Origin: Octopus sinensis
Taxonomy: Eukaryota
DNA: 64,000 nucleotides
NCBI RefSeq assembly: GCF_006345805.1
Contig: NC_043021.1
Span: 16,802,001 to 16,866,000 of the forward strand
Direction of reading: 5' to 3'
This document shows, piece after piece, positions 23,065 through 36,050 of the stretch. Under the pieces are notes generated by a model. That model was not told where the DNA came from. It did not search any database and saw only the letters and a list, made by a program, of their open reading frames with translations. Every line of letters starts with the position of its first letter. Position 1 is the stretch's first letter. The translations under genes and the position numbers were made by a program.

Positions 23065-23985
23065 AAGAACCAGCTGATGTTTGCTTGCAACAGCGTGGAC
23101 CCTACTAAAGGTAGCCAAGGACCAGGTGATGGTGTTTGCTAGCAAACAGGGTGGAGCCTGCTAAAGGTAGCCAAGGACCAGGTGATGGTGTTTGCTAGCA
23201 AACAGGGTGGACCCTGCTAAGAGCAGCCAAGGACCAGCTGGTGGTGTTTGCTTACAAACAGGGTGGACCTTGCTAAAGGTAGCCAAAGACCTAGTGATGG
23301 TGTTTGCTTGCAAACAGGGTGGACCCTGCTAAGGGCAGCTAAGGACCAGCTGGTGGTGTTTGCTTACAAACAGGGTGGACCCTGCTAAGAGCAGCCAAAG
23401 GCCAACAGGTGGTATCTGCTTACAAATAGGGTCGACCCTGCTAAAGGGAGCCAAGCACCCAGCGATGGTGTTTGCTTGCAAACAGAATGGACCCTGCTAA
23501 ATGTACTCAAAGACCAGCTGATGTTGGTGTTTTCAAGCAACAGAGTGGACGCTACTAAACACACTCAAGGACCAGGTTCTAATGATGTTTGCTTGCTACA
23601 GAGTGGACCCTGCTAAAGAGTACCCAGGGACCAGGTGTGGCGTTTGCTTGTAACAGAGTGGATTCTGTTAAAGGCATCCGAGGACCGGATTGTGATGGTA
23701 TTTGCTTGGTAAGGCGGCGAGTTGGTAGAAACGTTAGCATGCTGGGCGAAATGCGTAGCCGTATTTCGCCTGCCGTTACGTCGTGAGTTCAAATTCCACC
23801 GAGGTCGACTTTGCCTTTCATCCTTTCGGGGTCGATAAATTAAGTACCAGTTACGCACTGGGGTTGATATAATCGACATAATCCGTTTGTCTGTCCTTGT
23901 TTGTCCCCTCTGTGTGTAGCCCCTTGTGGGTAGTAAAGAAATAGGTATTTGCTTGCAACAGAGTGGACTCTGGTGGTGCTAAACC
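23065..23985. repeat. About 56-bp minisatellite, about 12 units, interrupted by a SINE
   Basis: Unit GGTGATGGTGTTTGCTWGCAAACAGGGTGGACCCTGCTAAAGGTAGCCAAGGACCA, e.g. at 23125 and 23181. Confidence 0.9.
23709..23943 (+). mobile_element. SINE family A monomer
   Basis: 12-bp TSD GGTATTTGCTTG (23697-23708, 23944-23955). Confidence 0.92.
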
Positions 23986-24439
23986 ACGCAATCGACTTAA
24001 CCAACCACCCAAGGAATCAGAAACACTAACGGTCAGGTCAGGATACCAAACACCTCAAAGCTACCCATCCAACAAAACCACCCAAGAACGGATACTTTCA
24101 CTTTCTCAGCACTGGAAGGAAGGATGAAAGTGCAAAGTTAACTCCAGCGGGATTTAAATTCAGAATAGAGAGAGAGAGAGGGCCAGAACAAACACCACAA
24201 GGCATTACATCCAATGCTCGACTAGTTACGCTAGCTTGCTGCCTAGATGAGTAGAATTTTGCAGAGACACATGGCAGTACTCACAGCCCGATCCTCTACG
24301 TTCAGGGATCAAATGGCACCAACGTCATCTATCTCTGCAGAGGAATTGGAGCTGGAGACCTTTAAGGATGGTATTTTGATAGTACTTTGCAGTACTTTAG
24401 TTAGAAATGCTCACACCAAGATCCGGTTTCAGCTAATGC

Positions 24440-25950
24440 CATCACCATCACCACATCACCACCACCACCACCACCATCACCACCATCACCAACACCAATC
24501 CCGCCGCTCTTACCATAATGACAGTAACTACTCCTGCCACCCTCTACAAAGAACAGCACCACCATGACTACTCCTACCACCACAACTGATCTTACTGCCA
24601 CCACCACCACACCACCACCACCACCACAATAAAACACTAACTACTCTTACAACTCCTCCCCCTGCCCAACCAACATTATCACTCCCCACACACACACTTT
24701 CTACAACTACCACCACCACCACCTTCATGATGCTACCACTGTAACTACCAACAGACACCACCACCACCATTACCACTACCTTTACGAATGCCATCACCAC
24801 CACCACCACCACCATTACCACCACCACCACCACCACTCCATTACCACCACCACCACCACTACCATTACCACCACACCACCACCACCACTACCATACCACC
24901 ACCACCACTACCATTACCACCACCACCACCACTACCATTAAACCACCACCACCACTTACCATTACCACCACCACCACCACCATTACCACCACCACCACCA
25001 CCACCACCATTACAACCACCACCACCATTACCACCACCACCACTACCATTACCACCACCACCAACCATACCACCACCACCACCACTACCATTACCACCAC
25101 CACCACCACTACCATTACACCACCACCACCACTACCATTACCTCCACCACCACCACTACCATTACCACACACCACCATTACATTACCTCCACCACCACCA
25201 CCACCATTACCACCACCACCACCATTACCACCACCATTACCACCACCACCACCACTACCATTACCACCACCACCACCACTACCACCACCATTACCACCAC
25301 CACCACCACCACCATCACCACCACACCCGAAAATAACGTCCTTAATAAAGAAATCAAGCCTTCCAACCACTTCAACAATTTGTTACAGCAAATCCGGATG
25401 ACCCTTGTGACGTCATCGCCACGGATTTTTTTTTGTTTTGTTTTTTGTTTTGTCGTTAATATTTTCATGTATGGTGTTGTGTTGTTGTTGTCGTCGTTGT
25501 TGTTGTTGTTATTTATGACAAGTCACCAGTTGTTGAGATAATAATTACCAAACTGAATCACCAGTGTATCTCCTGTCAAAACCATTGACGGTGGAGGCAG
25601 TCGGACATTGCCATTACCATCGCCATCATCATCATCATCATCGTCGTCGTCGTCGTTGTCGACATCATCATCATCATCGTCGTCATCACCATAACCACCA
25701 CCACCATCCCCTTCTTCCTCCTCCTCATCATCCCCATCAACATCATCATCATCATCATCGCCATCATCATCATCGCCATCATCATCATCGCCATCATCAT
25801 CATCGCCATCATCATCATCGCCATCATCATCATCGCCGTCATCGTCGTCGTCAATGTCGACATCATCATCATCATCGTCATCAGCATCCCACATTTTGAT
25901 TTTCCGTGTTACGCTACCACCACCACCACCACCACCACCACCACACACAC
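24440..25950. repeat. (CAC)n and (CAT)n trinucleotide tracts
   Basis: (CAC)n with TAC/CAT interruptions at 24440-25330, and (CAT)n/(CGT)n at 25610-25890. Confidence 0.95.
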
Positions 25951-26199
25951 ACACCACACTTTCATTAGCACTGTTAGACGGAAACTGAAAGAAGCCCGTC
26001 ATATATACATATCCGCGCGTGTGTGTGTGTGTTTGTGTTTGTCACCCACTGCCGCTTGACAACCGGTGTCGGTGTGTTTGCATCCCCGTAACTTAGCGAT
26101 TAAGAACCAAGCTTTAGAAGAAAATAGGTGCTGGGCGTCGTCCATTCAATCGGCGAAGAATTCTTCGAGATGGTGCCCCAGAATGGCCGCTGTCTATTA

Positions 26200-26259
26200 G
26201 CAGAAACAAGTAAAAGATATGTATGTGTGTATAGTGTGTAAGTATGTATGTATGCATAT

Positions 26260-26299
<40 letters not shown>

Positions 26300-27158
26300 A
26301 TGTATGTATGTATGTATGAGTGTATGTATGTATGTATGCATATGTGTATGTATGTATGTATGTATGTATGTAAGTATGTATGTATGAGTGTATGTATGTA
26401 TGGTTGTATGTATGTGTGTATGTATGTATGAGTGTATAGTGTGTATACAAATATAAGCACATTGACATGCACACACCACACACACATTCCTGTACACAAC
26501 GACACACACAGAAGGCCCCACCATCGCACTACACACACACATATACACACGCACGCACACACACACACACACACAGATAAACACGCATTCACACACGCAC
26601 TTAGACACACACACACACACTCACAAACACACACAACCTATAGATGTCTCCCATACACAAAACACATACACACACGCGCAGACGGACACACACTCAGACA
26701 CACACACACACTCACAGGCACATACACACACACACACAACCTGTAGACATCTCCCATACACAAAACACACATACACATACACTTGCAAATACACACTCAG
26801 AGGCACATACACACACACACACACAACCTATAGACGTCTCCCATACACAAAACACACATACACACACGCGCACACGGACACACTTACAAACACACACTCA
26901 GACACATACACATACACACACACACACACAATCTATAGACATCTCCCATTCACAAAACACACACACACACACACTTACAAACACACACTCAGAGGCACAT
27001 ACACACACACACTTACAAACACACACAGACTTACAAACACACACTCAGAGGCACATACACACACATACACAACCTATAGACGTCTCCCATACACAAAACA
27101 CACTTACACAAACACACGCACACACTTACACGTGTGCATTTTCTTCATACAACACACA

Positions 27159-27200
<42 letters not shown>

Positions 27201-27314
27201 ATAACATACAGACATTCACACCCAAAATACCTCAGTATTTATTACGGCTGTTAAAATACCTGATAGTAACAACACAGAAATAATCGAAATTTTCATACAC
27301 CTCCCCTTCCTTCT

Positions 27315-27352
<38 letters not shown>

Positions 27353-27780
27353 CTCTTGTATCTCTTCCTCTCTCCCCTCACACCCTTTTCGCTTTCTCTC
27401 CCTCTTATTTACTTTCTATCCTTCCTTTTCTCTTTCGTTAAGTATGTCTCGTGCGTACGTGTGTAGTGTGTGTGTGTGTGTGTGTTTGTCGTTTCGTTTC
27501 CTTTTGTTTTCGTTCATCGTCTGATTTTGCAATGGCCTCCTTACGAGAGGAAAAAGAGGGGGGAAAAGAGGAAAGAAAAGAGAGGAAGAGAGAGAGAGAG
27601 AGAGAGAAGCAAAGGGGAGAGGAGAGAAAAGAGGGAGAAGAGAGCGAGAGAAAATGAATGAAAGGAAAAAAAAAAGATGAATTGAGCGAAGGAGATGCCA
27701 AGTTACAAAGTGAAAGAGGTGAGACAGAAGTGGGAAAGAGAGGTAAAAGAAAAAGAGAGTAGAAAAGAGAAGAGGGAGAG

Positions 27781-27858
<78 letters not shown>

Positions 27859-27895
27859 GTAGGTAGGTAGGTAGGTAGGTAGGTAGGTAGATAGA

Positions 27896-27990
<95 letters not shown>

Positions 27991-28080
27991 GTAGGTAGGT
28001 AGGTAGGTAGATAGATAGATAGATAGATAGATAAGTAGATAGATAGATAGATAGATAGATAAATAGGTAGGTAGGTAGAT
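26200..28080. repeat. (TATG)n, CA-rich minisatellite, GA-rich tract and (GATA)n
   Basis: Includes a recurrent ACAACCTATAGACGTCTCCCATACACAAAAC unit at 26630-27100. Confidence 0.9.
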
Positions 28081-28170
28081 AAATTTAGAGGGGTGCTTTA
28101 AAACACTTTAATATTTATGAGTAATGCCCACACACAGACAAATACATATGTACAAACATACATATGCATT

Positions 28171-28204
<34 letters not shown>

Positions 28205-28349
28205 GAAGTAGTCATCGTTTCAAACCATCAGCCCCACCACCACCACCTTCTTCACAGTCACTTTATTAGTAATAAAAAAAGAAGGAAGGTGACAAGTAAG
28301 TAAAGATCAAACAAAACAACCCTAAATGTACATATATGGAAACGTGTGT

Positions 28350-28381
<32 letters not shown>

Positions 28382-28495
28382 TATTACCCCTCAGCACTTA
28401 TAGACACAGATATACAGACGCAGGACACACACACACAATACAGTATATACTAAAAAAAGTAGACACAAACAACATGCACAGACACACAGAAGCAG

Positions 28496-28516
28496 GCATG
28501 GGCTGTGTGTGTATGT

Positions 28517-28564
<48 letters not shown>

Positions 28565-29230
28565 TAAGAACTTTTGCTTCCTAACCACATGGTTCCGGGT
28601 TCAGTCCCACTGCTCATCATCATCATCATTGTTCGACCGTGGTCGAGACAATGGAATTTACCATGCTACGCCAGACTTCACGGTCCATCATGGCATTACG
28701 GAGGTCCTGTTGCTGGATGCCTGTATCCCTGGATATTACATCAGGGTAGGAGAGTGTGCGCCCTCTGGTATTGCAAGTAGATGGCTTCCAGAGGAGAAGA
28801 GTAGAAATTACCTCTTTTTCAGCTCTACAAAATGTCCAGCAAACTGGACTCTTCTACCTTTCACAAGAGATGACACAGGTGATAGTTTCCCATATATTTG
28901 CATTTTGGTTGGATGACGCTTCCACGAGAGATTTTGAGCTCTCATAAGGAGGCGAGTGTAGGTTCCATCCAACCGCCTCTCAAGCTTCTTTGATAACGTC
29001 CAGGTTTCTGAACCATATAGTAGAATTGGTTCGACTGTGGCTTTGAAGATTTCAAGTTTGAAGTTTCTACTTAGATTTGATGTTATTACAGGCTGACCAG
29101 GTCATACCCTTTCTAGTTAGAAAGTCCCACTGCTTGGCAACTCTGGCAAATGCTTTCTACTAGAACCTCGGACTGACCAAAGTCTTGTGAGTGGATTTAG
29201 TGGACGGAAGCTCATCGTGTGTATGTGTGT
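28496..29230 (+). mobile_element. SINE family B split by a LINE insertion
   Basis: Head runs up to ...GGTTCAGTCCCACTGC (28613) and resumes at 29123. Confidence 0.75.
28614..29122 (-). mobile_element. 5'-truncated RTE/RTE-X-like LINE
   Basis: Translates as RKGMTWSACN..SNLSRNFKLEIFKATVEPILLYGSETWTLSKKLERRLDGTYTRLLMRAQN...RRVQFAGH...DREVWRSMVNSIVSTTVEQ* with frameshifts. (TGA)n tail and 11-bp TSD AGTCCCACTGC. Confidence 0.9.
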
Positions 29231-29869
29231 GTGTGTGTAAATATATTTGTTTAAAAGAAGAAGAAAATGGAGATTGCGAAGTTAATAATTGTTTATTATT
29301 AACAGCAAATTGGTCATCTTCACTTACAGCCGTTTCTATTATTACTCTATAAACATCAAATTTACATTTATGCGACATGATCACAATATCAGCAGAGAGA
29401 AAAGGATGCACCTTTGGATGTTACATGTGTGTTTGTGAATTCAATCGTTGCTATTATGTTAAACTGTCGTATGTCTAAATTTGGCCAAATGCGTTTTTTT
29501 TCTTTTCCAATATTTCAATATTTATTTTTGCTTGCAATAGCCGGTTCTTTTGGTCAAACTATCGTATCTCCAGCTGCTTCAAATGCCAAGATATCGAAAA
29601 TTGCCAAAGTGTAATACAACGGCTTTGCTATGGAATGGTGAAACTATTTTTTCGTTTTCTGAATATAAAAAAAAAAGAAAGAAAAAGTAACGTTTTTGGA
29701 CTTACGACTTTTCTGCATAAAAGCAACGATGTATACTAATCAGACTGTCACATGCCGACCCGAAGTTTTTACACCTATTTGTCTACATCAGTGCTCCCGC
29801 AACCGGTATGTCGTGGCACACTGGTGTGCCACGAGACGATGCTAGGTGTGCCGCAGTGTAACCTGTATA

Positions 29870-30272
29870 TACTCTTTTACTTGTTTTAGTCATTTGACTG
29901 CGGCCATGCTGGAGCACCGCCTTTAATCGAGCAACTCGACCCCGGGACTTATTCTTTTGTAAGCCCAGTACTTATTCTATCGGTCTCTTTTGCCGAACCG
30001 CTAAGCAACGGAGACATAAACACACCAGCATCGGTTGTCAAGCAATGCTAGGAGGACAAACACAGACACACAAATACACACACGCATATATATATATACA
30101 TATATACAACGGGCTTCTTTCAGTTTCCGTCTACCAAATCCACTCACAAGGCTTTGGTCGGCCCGAGGCTTTAGTAGAAGACACTTGCCCAAGGTGCCAC
30201 GCAGTGGGACTGAACCCGGAACCATGTGGTTGGTAAACAAGCTGCTTACCACACAGCCACTCCTGCGCCTAT
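29870..30272 (-). mobile_element. SINE family B, full length
   Basis: Complete head-to-tail match to other B copies. Confidence 0.9.
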
Positions 30273-30649
30273 ATAATTATTTTTCCCTATATTTTTTTGT
30301 TGAGATGTGCCACCGAATTTCGAAAAGAATACAAGTGTACCGCAAGTGGAAAAGTGGGAAAAGGTTACGGAGCACTGGTCTGCATTCGAGAGTATTCTCC
30401 ATGATAAAATAGAGTGAGTGACTTTCTTGCGGGTTCGAATAAGCCTCAAGTATATCTGAACTGGTAACAAGTTTGTATGAGTACTTTTGTATATTCAATT
30501 TTGTTTCAAGGACCAATCTGTACTCTGTATTCTAAAATGCTTGATGGCATAAAAGATACACGGCCGTCTTAGATGAACCATAATTTCAACAACACTTATT
30601 CAGGAAAAAAAGTTTTTAATACATTAAAGCATGTAATACAGGCCCAAGT

Positions 30650-31280
30650 GTGAAGGTGCATGGCTCAGTGGTTGGAGCATCGGGCTCACAATCATGATGT
30701 AGTGAGTTCGATTCCTGGACCGGGCTGTGTTGTGTTCTTGAGCAAGACTCTTCATTTCACGTTGCTCCAGCTCACTCAACTGTAGAAAATGAGCTGTGAT
30801 GTCACTGGTGCCAAGCTGTATTGGCCCCTTTGCCTGTCCCTTGGATAACACTTGTGGCCTGGAGAGGGGAGGCCGGTATGCATAGGCGACTGCTGGTCTT
30901 CCACAAACAACCTTACCCAGACTTGTGCCTCGGAAGGTAACTTCCTAGGTGTAGTCTCATGGTCATTCTTAATGAAAGGGGGTCTTTGTGAGTTTGATTC
31001 CCAGGCTGGGCTGCGTGTTGTGTTCTTGAGCAAGACTCTTTATTTCACGTTGCTCCAGCTCAGTCAGCTGTAGAAAATGAGTTTTGCCATCACTGGTGCC
31101 AAGGTGCATCGGCCCCTTTGCCTTTCCCTTGGATAACAAGTGGCATGAAGAGGGGAGGTTGGTATGCATGGGTGACTACTGGCCTCCCATAAACAACCTT
31201 ACCCGGTCTTGAGCCTCGGAAGAGAACTATCTAGGTACAATCCCGTGGTCATTCATGACCGAAGGGGTTCTTTACCCTTA
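30650..31280 (+). mobile_element. SINE family D dimer
   Basis: Head at 30650. Second unit restarts at GTGAGTTTGATTCC near 30988, the same junction as the 21190-21686 copy. Confidence 0.85.
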
Positions 31281-32183
31281 TAGTTAGTCCAAGGTGGCGA
31301 GTTGGCAGAATCGTTAGCACGCCGGGCAAAATGCTTGAGTTCAAATTCGGCTCCGGTCGACTTTGCCTTTTATACTTTCAATGTCGATAAAACAAGAACC
31401 AGTTGAGTGTCTATGTAATCGACTTAACCCGTCTCCTGAAATTGCTGTCCTTGTATCAAAATTTGAAACTTCAAATATAAGACCCAGGTGGCCTTTTTTT
31501 TTTTTTTTTTTTTTTTCTATATGAGACATTTTTTAAGAGAATAAAGTGCATCTTATTTGCCATTTAATACGGTGGTTAAAAAGTTCGGTCGGGTCTCCGG
31601 ACACGATAACTATATCGTCTGCTAATTGAAAATAAGTGAGAAATTCGCAGTTGATTGTAATTCCAATTAAGGCTTCCAGTTGGCAGAATTGTTAGCACGC
31701 CGGACAAAATACTTCGTGGTATTTCTTCCGACTTGTCGTTCGGTGTTCAAATCCTGATGAACTCGACTTTGCCTTTCATCGTTGCGGGGTAGATAAAATA
31801 ACTACCAGCTGAGCACTGGGGTCGTTGTAATCGACTTCAGCAACTCTAAAAATTGCTGGCCTTGGGCTAAAATATGAAAGGATTTTAAATTCCAATTTTG
31901 TTTCCATCCCTGTGTGGTCATCGTCCTCATCCTAATACAGGATGTGAACTGACCACGACAAAGAGAATCTTCTTGTCTTACACATTTATTAAATCTTTGT
32001 GCAGCTGAAAGATATATGATTGTTGTGTGGTGGAATCATAGCGGAAAATGAGAAATAAGACCATCTAAAAGAACAATGGAATTTTACCAAAAGCCATATT
32101 TCAGAGAACAACAACAACAGCAACCACAACAATATCTTATCGAATCCACAATGACACTACACATTCAAGGAATATACAATTAA

Positions 32184-32405
32184 ACAACTGAAGAAGGAGA
32201 CAAACCTCCAAGACAAGACAACATCACAGCAACCGACATCTTAAAAGAAGCGGGAGAAACTGCGGTAAAGAAAGATCTTTGCCGAAACCTTCACGGGCTG
32301 CCTGGAGCAATGCAGGAATCCCTTAAGACTTGGCACGATGCACAAGTCATTCTGAGACATAAAAGAAAGCGAGATAGAAGTAGAAGAGACCCGATAAGTT
32401 CTTGG
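32184..32405 (+). mobile_element. Degenerate RTE-type reverse transcriptase N-terminal fragment
   Basis: Reads GDKPPRQDNITATDILKEAGETAVKKDL...KTWHDAQVILRHKRK...RDPIS, resembling KAPGxDxITAEILKxGGE...WxxAxVILLHKKG...RPIS. Confidence 0.65.
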
Positions 32406-32912
32406 TGCCACAGACCAAATATCCTCAAAGATCAAAGCGAAAAGAATTGTTAAAGGATTTTTTTAAAGAAAGGAAACCAACCACGCGAAGAGGTAAAATT
32501 TTCAGGCGATGTTTTTTTCTTTCTTTTTTGTTTGTTTTGTTTTTTTTTGTTTTTTGTTTTTTTTTCCTCCACCATCAACGATTTACATGCCAGAACGAAC
32601 TAAGCGAAAAATCGAGAGAATAATAGCATCCATAATATGCAACAGAAAGAATCTGGTAATGCATCAGAAACTACGAAGAATATTCGAATTGATTCGATCA
32701 ACGGAAAACAGCCTACTAACTCGTCGTGAAATTAACATGAAAAGTGGCTGAGAGCTCCATAGACACGCGTACTCTTAACGTAGTTCTCAGGAAGATTCAG
32801 CGTAACACAGAATGTGACGAGGATAACCCTTTGAAATCACGGGTACAACTCATTTTTGCCTAACAAAAAAAGCAAACAGTTTGGACCCACGCATTTCAAT
32901 GACGTTAAACAC

Positions 32913-33119
32913 TTCTGCGGTTGGGGTAACTTTGAATGCCAAAGTTTGGGACAAGACCCTCCAGGATTTTCCAGATGTATATCACCGCATATCTCTCCCG
33001 CCTTCGCTCTAGGGAGAAGAGGTTTAATACTTTCAGTCTTTCCCAGTAGCTGATATTTTGCATTGAGACAATCTTCTTTGTGTAGCTTCTTTGAATTGCT
33101 TCGAGTTCTGCTGTTAGTT
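32913..33119 (-). mobile_element. CR1-group LINE fragment, copy 1
   Basis: Reads ELEAIQRSYTKKIVSMQNISYWERLKVLNLFSLERRRERYAVIYIWKILEGLVPNFGIQSYPNRR. Confidence 0.85.
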
Positions 33120-33284
33120 ACCATTATTCGAAGATATAAAAACCAGCTTCCATTCTTCATACATACATACATACATACATTTACGTACGTATGTCATCAC
33201 CATTATCACCATCAGCAGCATCCTTTAACGTCCATTTCCCATGTTACCATGGGTTGGATGGAATATATGTATGTAATATATGTA

Positions 33285-33848
33285 AATCCTTAAATCCTTA
33301 AAAATGTTTTAGCCCGAAGGCCGCGGCCATGCTGGAGCACCACCGCTACACTAATATGTGAATCCACCTCTGATACGTGGCACTTGGTCAACAAGGGAGT
33401 TCGATGCCGCTGCCCACATCTGTGTCTCCTGTCGTGAGGTAGGTTCATCTGGGACCCCCGACAAGAAGAGATCCAGTTTAGTTTTAAAGAAACCCACATC
33501 CACACCATGCAAGTCTCTCAGGCATTTAGGGAGGATGTTAAACAGCTGTGGTCCTCTGAAACCCAAGCTGTTGCAGTATCTGGTCCTGTATTTTGATGGT
33601 GATGTTGGAATCTTTGGCACCATGCAGTGGCGCCCCGTTCTGCGGTTGGGGTAACTTTGAATGCCAAAGTTTGGGACAAGACCCTCCAGGATTTTCCAGA
33701 TGTATATCACCGCATATCTCTCCCGCCTTCGCTCTAGGGAGAAGAGTTTAATACTTTCAGTCTTTCCAGTAGCTGATATGATATTTTGCATTGAGACAAT
33801 CTTCTTTGTGTAGCTTCTTTGAATTGCTTCGAGTTCTGCTGTTAGTTT
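33285..33848 (-). mobile_element. 5'-truncated CR1-group LINE, copy 2, with intact 3' end
   Basis: C-terminus ...SLERRRERY...GPQLFNILPKCLRDL...FKTKLDLFLSGVPDEP...SNSL, followed by a (TTTAAGGA)n tail. 21-bp TSD TATATGTATGTAATATATGTA (33264-33284, 33849-33869). Confidence 0.92.
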
Positions 33849-33919
33849 TATATGTATGTAATATATGTATGTAATCAGGGGTGGACAGAACAGTCGGTTA
33901 ATCGGGCACTGCACGAGGG

Positions 33920-34152
33920 TCCGGAGCTCTGAGGCAGAATCGTTAGCATGCCGGGTGAAATGGTTAGCGGTGTTTCGTCTACCGCTACGTTCTGAGTTCA
34001 AATTCCGCCGAGGTCGACTTTGCCTTTCATCCTTTCGGGGTCGATTAAATAAGTACCAGTTATGCACTGGGGTCGATATATTCGACTTAATCCGTCTGTC
34101 TGTCCTTGTTTGTCCTCCCTGCGTTTAGCTCCCAGTGGGCAATAAAGAAATA
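33920..34152 (+). mobile_element. SINE family A monomer
   Basis: Head, central domain and AAAGAAATA tail. Confidence 0.9.
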
Positions 34153-34249
34153 TACATGTTAACCCTACTAAACACACACATTCAAAGGGGCCCGGTAAAC
34201 AGTTATGCCCGGGAGCCCTTAATACTCTCTGTCCGCCCCTTTATGTAGT

Positions 34250-34916
34250 GTATGTATATACACGAACGTGTGTGTATGTGTGTACATAAATGAATATGTA
34301 TATATACATATATATACAACAGACTCACATACAACACACACATTTTGTATATAAGAGAAAAGCAATCAACATATGTATGTGTGTGTGTGTGTATGTATGT
34401 ATGTGTGTATGTATGTATGTATGTATGTATGTACGTATGTATGGGTGTGTATGTATGTATGTATGTATGTATGTATGTATGTATGTATGTATGTATGTAG
34501 TATGTTGGTGTGTGTGTGTATGTTGATGTGGTGTGTATGTAGTATGTATGTATGTATGTATTTTTGTACGTATGTATGTGTGTGTGTATGTATGTACGTA
34601 TGTATGTGTGTGTGTGTATGTATGTATGTATGTATGTATGTATGTATGTATGTGTGTATGTATGTATGTATGTATGGTGTGTGTGTGTATGTATGTATGT
34701 ATGTATGAATGGATGTACGTGTGTGTGTGTATGGATGGATGGATGAATGGATGGATGTACGTGTGTATGTGTATGTATGTATGTATGTATGTATGTACGG
34801 ATGGATGGATGTACGTGTGTATGTATGTATGTATGTATGTATGTATGTGAGTGTATGTATGTATGTGTGTGTGGTGTGTGTGTGTATGCATGTGTGTAGG
34901 TAGGTAGATAGATAGG

Positions 34917-34993
<77 letters not shown>

Positions 34994-35294
34994 GGAGGAA
35001 TAGAGGCAGACAGACGGACGGAAGACAGACAGACATAGATAGATAAACCTGTGGGTGCGTGCGTGCGCGCGTCCGTATGTATTTACTGTTGGATGAATTG
35101 AGGCATTCTGTGCGAAAATGGAGGTTTCCTTTGGAATCAGCAGCCAGAAAGAAACCAGCATGACAACATTGGTCGATGACTCACAACTGATGGGTGCCAC
35201 CCAATGACAGAATATCAATTCTAACGGTAATTACATATACACTAAATATATGTATGTATATGTATGTATGTATATATATATATATATATAATAT

Positions 35295-35338
<44 letters not shown>

Positions 35339-35480
35339 TATATATATATATTATATAATATAGATATATATGTGTGTATATATATATATACATACATATA
35401 TATATACATATATATATATATGTATATATACATATACATATATGTATATATACATATATATATGTCTAATATATATATAT

Positions 35481-35576
<96 letters not shown>

Positions 35577-35582
35577 AATATA

Positions 35583-35631
<49 letters not shown>

Positions 35632-35756
35632 AGATATATATAGGTATATGTGTATATGTGTGTATATATATATATATACACACATATACATACATATATG
35701 TATATATATATATATATGCGTGTGTGTGTGTGTGTATAGAGATAGAAAGATACATC

Positions 35757-35787
<31 letters not shown>

Positions 35788-35790
35788 TGG
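34250..35790. repeat. (TATG)n, (GATA)n and (TA)n tracts
   Basis: Directly visible. Confidence 0.95.
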
Positions 35791-36017
35791 ACGTGTCACC
35801 CCAACATCGCTGTCAAAGAGACACTCCCCTCACGTACACCTATACTACACATATACACGGACATACACACACGCACACACACACATATGTAAATGTGTGT
35901 GTGTATGCGTTATGTGTACATATAACGAGGATTTCATTGTGTTTAGTAAGAAAACAGAAAAACCACCCGACCGCCCACCCCTTCTCAGCACTTGACATGC
36001 ATGCAAATTTAGATGTT

Positions 36018-36049
<32 letters not shown>

Positions 36050-36050
<1 letters not shown>

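Noticed and set aside
23065-23985. CRISPR-like array
   Set aside because: Units are contiguous tandem repeats without unique spacers, in a eukaryotic context with no cas genes.
29540-29625. Minus-strand YYTLAIFDILAFEAAG as Rho exon 2
   Set aside because: It lacks the VTVxxDG segment and DTAGQ, runs into a stop and has no donor. Treated as chance similarity.
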